Positions 58,736-64,000 of a stretch of 64,000 bases of DNA are shown one piece after another. This DNA comes from an uncultured bacterium (lineage in GTDB: Bacteria; Margulisbacteria; Marinamargulisbacteria; SXXA01). The translations under genes and the position numbers were made by a program. The notes below the pieces were generated by a model. That model had not been told where the DNA came from. It saw only the letters and a program-made list of their open reading frames with translations, and ran no database searches. Position 1 is the stretch's first letter; the number at the start of each line of letters is the position of its first letter. Where the stretch lies: assembly GCA_903864835.1 (NCBI GenBank), contig CAIPHK010000032.1, forward strand, positions 3,230-67,229, in the 5' to 3' direction.

Positions 58736-60094
58736 ATGGATATTTCACATCTTCTGGTCGGGGGGCCCATCGCATTTGCTGTTATTTCGATCATTGTCGG
58801 GGACCGCTGGTCTCCCACGGCGTCTAATGTTCTTAATGTAATAACGGTAATTGCAACTGCGGTTGCTTTTGGCTTAATTCATCAAGGACGCTTGCCACTA
58901 TCTATCGATACGGTATCGCTCTTATTTGTTGCCATGACAACACTCACGGTTACGGCTGTATTAGCCGTCTCAAAGAGTAACACGCTGCGTTTCTCGCGAT
59001 TTGCAGCATTGGTTTTTTTGACTCAAATGGGGCTCAATCTTGCGTTTCTGCAGAACTCGGCACTGTGGTTTTATATCGGATGGGAGATTTCGTTGATCCC
59101 TGCCCTTCTCTTGGTATTTGGATGGGGTGGTCTAGGGCGAAAAGCCGTTGGGATGAAATTCTTACTTTATACTGTTGCGGGTAGTCTCGGGATGCTTGCT
59201 TCGGTTTTATACTTGTTTTCTCAAGCAGGAACAACGGATTGGACATTATTAAGTAACACCTTGCTGCCAGCCTCCGTACAGATGATTGCGTTTTTTGGCT
59301 TTTTTATTGCTTTTGCCGTAAAAATACCGATATTTCCTTTTCATAACTGGCAAGCCGATACGTATTCCGAATCAAATTTGCCGACCGCAATGTTGCTCTC
59401 CGCTGCATTTTCAAAATTGGGACTTTATGGGATTTACCGTTTAGTTACCGCAGTGGCGCCGGATATTACGCCCGTTGTTGCGCCATTCGTTATTGGACTA
59501 TGCTTGGTTGGTGCGATATACGGCGCCATTTTGGCGTTTTCTCAATCCAACATAAAACGGGTAATTGCATTTTCTTCGATGTCTCACCTCAATCTTGTGG
59601 CGGCGGGTTTCTTTGCGGGTCGGACTCTCGGCGTGTCTGGCGCCTTGCTCCAGTCAGTAGCTCACGTCGGAGTTGCGATTGGGCTATGGTGGGTGGTGGG
59701 GATTTTAAAGTCCCGATTTGGGCATACCCGTCTTCATGAACTTCCCGGCGGAATTGTGAATGAAAACCGATGGTTTACCGCTGCCTTTTTTATTATCGTG
59801 ATGGCGTCAATGGCAGTTCCACTCACTAGTGGATTCCCCGGAGAGCTCCTTATCATTCAGGGCATTGTTCATCGTGGTGTTCTTTTTGGAATATTGGCGG
59901 CAATACCCATGATACTGGGCGCCGTGTATATGTTAAGGACCTACCAAGCGGTGATGCTTGGCGACCGTATGGACTCCACATCGACCGTTCAATTGTCTTT
60001 TGTCGACTATGTTCTTGGAACAGGCGTTGTGGCTTATATATTTATTATTGGGCTTTATCCCCAACTCATCTTTCGATTACTTACACTTAATTAG
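58736..60094 (+). CDS. nuoM: NADH-quinone oxidoreductase subunit M
   Basis: WEISLIP, KFLLYT, AFAVKIPIFPFHNW, KRVIAFSS.SH, P.TSGFPGE; start ATG 58736. Confidence 0.93.
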   Translation: MDISHLLVGGPIAFAVISIIVGDRWSPTASNVLNVITVIATAVAFGLIHQGRLPLSIDTVSLLFVAMTTLTVTAVLAVSKSNTLRFSRFAALVFLTQMGLNLAFLQNSALWFYIGWEISLIPALLLVFGWGGLGRKAVGMKFLLYTVAGSLGMLASVLYLFSQAGTTDWTLLSNTLLPASVQMIAFFGFFIAFAVKIPIFPFHNWQADTYSESNLPTAMLLSAAFSKLGLYGIYRLVTAVAPDITPVVAPFVIGLCLVGAIYGAILAFSQSNIKRVIAFSSMSHLNLVAAGFFAGRTLGVSGALLQSVAHVGVAIGLWWVVGILKSRFGHTRLHELPGGIVNENRWFTAAFFIIVMASMAVPLTSGFPGELLIIQGIVHRGVLFGILAAIPMILGAVYMLRTYQAVMLGDRMDSTSTVQLSFVDYVLGTGVVAYIFIIGLYPQLIFRLLTLN

Positions 60095-60109
60095 AACGGA
60101 CACCCATCA

Positions 60110-61396
60110 ATGATTTCCCTTACCATATTGAGTATAGCGGGTATTGTGGTCATGCTAATGCATTTGCCGCAATGGACCTCGATAGCACGATGGACAGCGG
60201 TAATTGCCACGATCATTTCCCTGTTTTCAATTCGATTTGATTCGATTTTTACCTTGCCCACTATTGAAATTACCCGATCTGGTAACCTTTGGGCCGGACT
60301 AATTTTGGGGCTATTAGCCCTTATCCTTTTATTGATCCCAAATCGTAACGCCACCCATCCACTTAAAAATGATCATATTGCATTACTATTATTTGCGACG
60401 GTTGGAGCGGTATTGTTAACGCGATTTGACCATGTGGTTACCCTCATTTTAGGGTTAGAAATGGTGTCAATACCGCTCTATGTCCTTGCAGCTCAAACCC
60501 ATTCTCCTCGGTCGCATGAAGCTTCATTAAAGTATTTTATATTGGGTGCGTTTTCGAGCGCGATTTTAACCTTTGGAATCGCATTGTGGTATCGAAGTAC
60601 AGGGGTTCTCACCATTCCTGGGCCCATCGCTACAGATCTCATAGGACGATCTGGAATCGTCTTGATGTTAGCCGCAATGTGTTTCAAAGTGGGACTGGTT
60701 CCGTTTCACTATTGGGTTCCCGACGTCTATGAAGGGACCCCGACGTCATTTACTGCCTACATGGCCTCTATCGCAAAAGTGGCTGCTTTTGCCGCATTGT
60801 TTAAAGTAGCTACCCTACTTCCCACCTCCGATTGGACATCACTTGCAATGGGATTTGGCGGCGCAAGTATTTTGCTGGGTAGTTTAGCGGCCATTCGACA
60901 AACGTCGGTAAAACGGATGTTGGCCTATTCCAGTATTGCCCAAGCTGGGTTTTGGATCCTGTTACTTACAGGGGGACAGTTTTCTGTCTATTTTGGGTTT
61001 GCCTACGCAACCGCGTCGATTCTTTTGCTATGGATTGTGGATCTAGTGGAATCCAGTACCCGGTCCCATACGCTCACCGGGTTAATGCAAAAAAATCAGG
61101 TTCTTGGGGCCATAGCGATCATGGCGCTGGTGTCTCTGACCGGAATTCCGCCGTTCTCAGGGTTCTATGCAAAATATAGTAGCCTGTTTGTGATGATGGA
61201 TCGCGGGTATTTCTGGGCGGTGGGAATCGGGCTATTGGGCAGTGCGATGGGCGCATACTATTACCTCAAAAATATCGCGCATATTGTGGCACCACCGGAG
61301 ACGGACTATAAGATTGATGTGCCCGTTACCAGTGTTATTGCATCAGTTCTTGCGGTAGGCGTGATGATACTTTTTGGATTGGCCCCACTATTCTGA
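60110..61396 (+). CDS. nuoN: NADH-quinone oxidoreductase subunit N
   Basis: EASLKYFILG, FKVGLVPFHYWVPDVYEG, KRMLAYSSIA, GIPP..GF.AK, YYYL. Confidence 0.94.
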   Translation: MISLTILSIAGIVVMLMHLPQWTSIARWTAVIATIISLFSIRFDSIFTLPTIEITRSGNLWAGLILGLLALILLLIPNRNATHPLKNDHIALLLFATVGAVLLTRFDHVVTLILGLEMVSIPLYVLAAQTHSPRSHEASLKYFILGAFSSAILTFGIALWYRSTGVLTIPGPIATDLIGRSGIVLMLAAMCFKVGLVPFHYWVPDVYEGTPTSFTAYMASIAKVAAFAALFKVATLLPTSDWTSLAMGFGGASILLGSLAAIRQTSVKRMLAYSSIAQAGFWILLLTGGQFSVYFGFAYATASILLLWIVDLVESSTRSHTLTGLMQKNQVLGAIAIMALVSLTGIPPFSGFYAKYSSLFVMMDRGYFWAVGIGLLGSAMGAYYYLKNIAHIVAPPETDYKIDVPVTSVIASVLAVGVMILFGLAPLF

Positions 61397-61404
61397 CCTG
61401 CACC

Positions 61405-62109
61405 ATGCATCGTGAAGTCGCTATCCCTGATGCCCGTAAGGTATGGTTTCGATATCAAAATGTCGAAATTCCGGGGACGGTAGATATTGACGAAACCCCA
61501 AGGCACCATTCGGATATCCGAGACATTTCATCCACCAGTGTCCTTCATCACTGGGACAGGTATTGCCAGTCAGACACAATTCCTCAAGAATTTATCTGTG
61601 CGATCGATCATACACTTTTAGTTGCCCCCTGCTTGGATACTCAGGGGTTTACAACCAATTTTCCGGCTCAAATAGCTGTGTTTCAGAAACAAGTAACCCA
61701 CCGTGGGTCAAACGATGAAGTTGCGATTATTTCGCCTTTTTCGCGCGAAGTTGTCGAAATAATCCGTGGGTGTGCACCCCAATTTCAGGTTTTACGAAAT
61801 TGGCATTTACAGGATCAACTCGTTGACTGGGTCAATCATCGAATCACAGCGCATTTAAAGCGTAACAATATCGAAAAAGTCAGAGCGCTTCATCAAGCTA
61901 TTATGAATGAATGGGGATTAAAAGAATCGACAAATGAATCGACTTTCCCAGTCGCCACTCATGCCCATCGATACTATTCTAAAGACCACTATATCTCGCT
62001 TTACAACTCCATGTTCAAACCCGCCGACGACACCCAAATAAGTCGCCAGCTCATTCTGTTCAGGAATGATATCGGCCAGTGGGCGGGAGACTATCTCATC
62101 CAGAATTAG
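61405..62109 (+). CDS. Hypothetical protein (234 aa)
   Basis: ORF 8 nt after nuoN; no motif recognised. Confidence 0.55.
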   Translation: MHREVAIPDARKVWFRYQNVEIPGTVDIDETPRHHSDIRDISSTSVLHHWDRYCQSDTIPQEFICAIDHTLLVAPCLDTQGFTTNFPAQIAVFQKQVTHRGSNDEVAIISPFSREVVEIIRGCAPQFQVLRNWHLQDQLVDWVNHRITAHLKRNNIEKVRALHQAIMNEWGLKESTNESTFPVATHAHRYYSKDHYISLYNSMFKPADDTQISRQLILFRNDIGQWAGDYLIQN

Positions 62110-62208
62110 GCCCATACAGGGCACGCCATCCTTCCTGGAAAACAGCTCCATACATCACCATCTTAATAAACTCTTTTTTTTCGACGCTATCCCCTTCATT
62201 GCGGGTGA

Positions 62209-62910
62209 CTAAACAGAGTGTCGAACTTGGACCTCGGGAAACGACACGCGATGAATATCCCACAAACTCATTACTCCCGCCAACTCAAGAATGGGTTTGA
62301 GACAATTAAGTTGGCCGGCTAAAGCGGAGGTGTCAGCCCCCGGCATTTTCGACACGGATTCCAAAAGCTTCATCGCGAATACGCCCTCCGCTTCTTTGAA
62401 GCCAACCAAATAAGTCCCTTGGACAATTGCCGCGTCTGCGACCATCTTTAGACCATTGAATTGATTGGGATCAATAAAAGGAAGCGAGTCCAATTTCCCC
62501 TTCCACATGTCTACAAATTCATTCACAGTCTTTGTTTCGTTGGTCGGAATATTGGACCCTACTGGTGCGTCGGTTCCTTGAATTTGATACATCTCGGCGC
62601 TTCGGTTCAAAAGTCACTGGGTAACGGACTTCAGCCGCGCAAATTGCGGCTCCGTGATGCCCGATAGCGTAACTGGTTTTGAAACAATCGACAGATCCGT
62701 AACGCCAGTATCCGCAGCAACAGGCTCCGTTGGCCCACTACAAATCAGCGACGGTACGAGGCGAATAGGGCCGTCGAATCGTAATGGAAAAGTGGAGACA
62801 GTCGGTCCCCCAGCGGGTGGTGGAAATATCGAATTTCGTGGGGTAGGAGAAGCCGAAATCTTCTTCTGGGGAAGGGGCAATATACTGCCGCCCGGGTTTC
62901 TGATATTCAT
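62209..62910 (-). pseudogene. Orphan gene interrupted by one in-frame TGA (pseudogene, readthrough or sequencing error)
   Basis: SD GGAGG then ATG 62910; ...ACC CAG TGA CTT TTG AAC... joins ORFs 62614-62958 and 62209-62610 in the same frame. Confidence 0.55.
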
Positions 62911-62979
62911 GATTCTATATCCTCCAAATTGGGTCGACGACGCAATCGTTATACCCAAATTAGGGATGAATCAAACCCG

Positions 62980-62990
62980 CCCCCCCCCCC
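62980..62990. repeat. C11/G11 homopolymer tract
   Basis: Run of 11 C on + strand between htpG stop and the split gene. Confidence 0.85.
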
Positions 62991-63000
62991 GGGGCCCAAA

Positions 63001-64000
63001 TTACTTGCCTTGCAACAACTGTCCTAACAACTGATTACTTCGGAAAATAAAGTCATTCATTTGTTCGCCCGTCAGTGGACGTTGTCCGATTAGCGCCAAA
63101 TCGTACACGTATCGGCATACTTGGTTTACTAACTCAGCTTTGGTCACGTCGTCAGTCATGGCCTTTAAGTTTTGTACGATGGGACTGGCGGCATTAACCA
63201 CCAATGTGTAATCCTCGAACATCGGCATGGACATGCCGCTCCGTTGATTCATAGCAGCACTCATCTCTTGCATCCGCTTCGAGAACTCCGGCTGGGTTAA
63301 TATCGCTGGGATAGACGCATCCCCAAGTGCCTGAACACTGACCTTGAGTTTGTCATTTCCCAATGCTGTGGCAAATAACGCTTGTAACGGAGACTCGTCG
63401 TTAGTTTCATCTGTACCTAAATGGTCAGCCAAGGCAGATTCAACACTGACAAATTTAACGTCGGCGTCTTTTGATTCCAAGAATTGAATAAAATGGGAAT
63501 CAATCATGGATTGAAGAACGATGACATCAAAGCCTTGGTCCTTGCAGAGCTGAATATACCGCCCTTGGGCATCTTTGTTGCTGGTATAGACGACTTTTTT
63601 ATCCAATTTTGGATTGGCTTCCAAATATTCGGATACGGTGAAGTCTTTGCCTTCCGTGTTTTTGAACAACACGACGTCTCGGGCTTTGTCGTAAAAGTCA
63701 CCATGATTAAGCATCCCGAACTTAACGAATGGGCTAATATCATCCCAATATCCCGCAAACTTCGACCGATCCGTTCGGAACTCTTCGATTAACTTATCAG
63801 CCACTTTTTTTACAACATGCTTCGAAATTTTTTGAACATACGGGTCGTTTTGCAAAAAGCTTCGAGATACATTTAATGGCAAATCCGGACAGTCGATCGC
63901 CCCTTGTAATATCGTCAAGAAATCCGGCAATACCTCTTGGGACGAATCAGAAACAAATACCTGGCGGCAATATAATTTGACTTGCCCTTTTTTAGCATCC
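63001..64000 (-). CDS. htpG: Hsp90 chaperone HtpG, 3' part (runs off the window)
   Basis: Frame open to window end: KLYCRQVFV..LPDFL..LQGAIDCPDLPLNVSRSFLQ, IDSHFIQFLE, LVVN..SP, YDLAL. Confidence 0.95.
   Translation of the reverse strand, partial: DAKKGQVKLYCRQVFVSDSSQEVLPDFLTILQGAIDCPDLPLNVSRSFLQNDPYVQKISKHVVKKVADKLIEEFRTDRSKFAGYWDDISPFVKFGMLNHGDFYDKARDVVLFKNTEGKDFTVSEYLEANPKLDKKVVYTSNKDAQGRYIQLCKDQGFDVIVLQSMIDSHFIQFLESKDADVKFVSVESALADHLGTDETNDESPLQALFATALGNDKLKVSVQALGDASIPAILTQPEFSKRMQEMSAAMNQRSGMSMPMFEDYTLVVNAASPIVQNLKAMTDDVTKAELVNQVCRYVYDLALIGQRPLTGEQMNDFIFRSNQLLGQLLQGK

Noticed and set aside
61400-61405. GCACCA just after nuoN matching the tRNA 3' end (possible attR relic)
   Set aside because: Only 6 bp, similar words occur nearby (about 61289 and 61502) and no integrase is present
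62614-62616. Genome-wide UGA recoding or selenocysteine
   Set aside because: Many conserved genes end properly at TGA (ATGA overlaps); no Sec motif or convincing SECIS
1-64000. CRISPR arrays, IS elements, rRNA, prophage, cyanobacterial HIP1 enrichment
   Set aside because: No spaced repeats, transposase/integrase or phage genes seen; GCGATCGC noticed only about twice by eye

Overview
Gene-dense bacterial chromosome segment (standard code 11, no rRNA, CRISPR, IS or prophage). Housekeeping genes and their order (xseA-xseB-ispA-DUF212-dxs, rpsB-tsf, dnaB, cyanobacterial-type epimerase and HtpG) plus LptA/LptD-like genes suggest a diderm Terrabacterium, possibly Margulisbacteria-like (inference). 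Contents: end of a GtrA gene, a thioester-less alpha-2-macroglobulin-like protein, pckA, an unusual OM barrel/coiled-coil protein, hemN-cytochrome c-hemE-uvrD, menG-menF-menD-nuclease-psd-queG, thiGH, an accessory block (a YopT/AvrPphB C58-like protein lacking its catalytic Cys, divergent from a tandem Ser/Thr kinase; a degenerate Schlafen/AlbA-wHTH; a double-HTH protein), dsbD, prs, an LptA-like gene coupled to a GldAFG/DUF4340 ABC system, a long housekeeping run, map, tRNA-Leu(CAG) immediately followed by a complete Bacteroidota-like nuoA-N operon, orphan genes (one split by an in-frame TGA) and the 3' part of htpG. All calls are from manual motif recognition; no searches were run.
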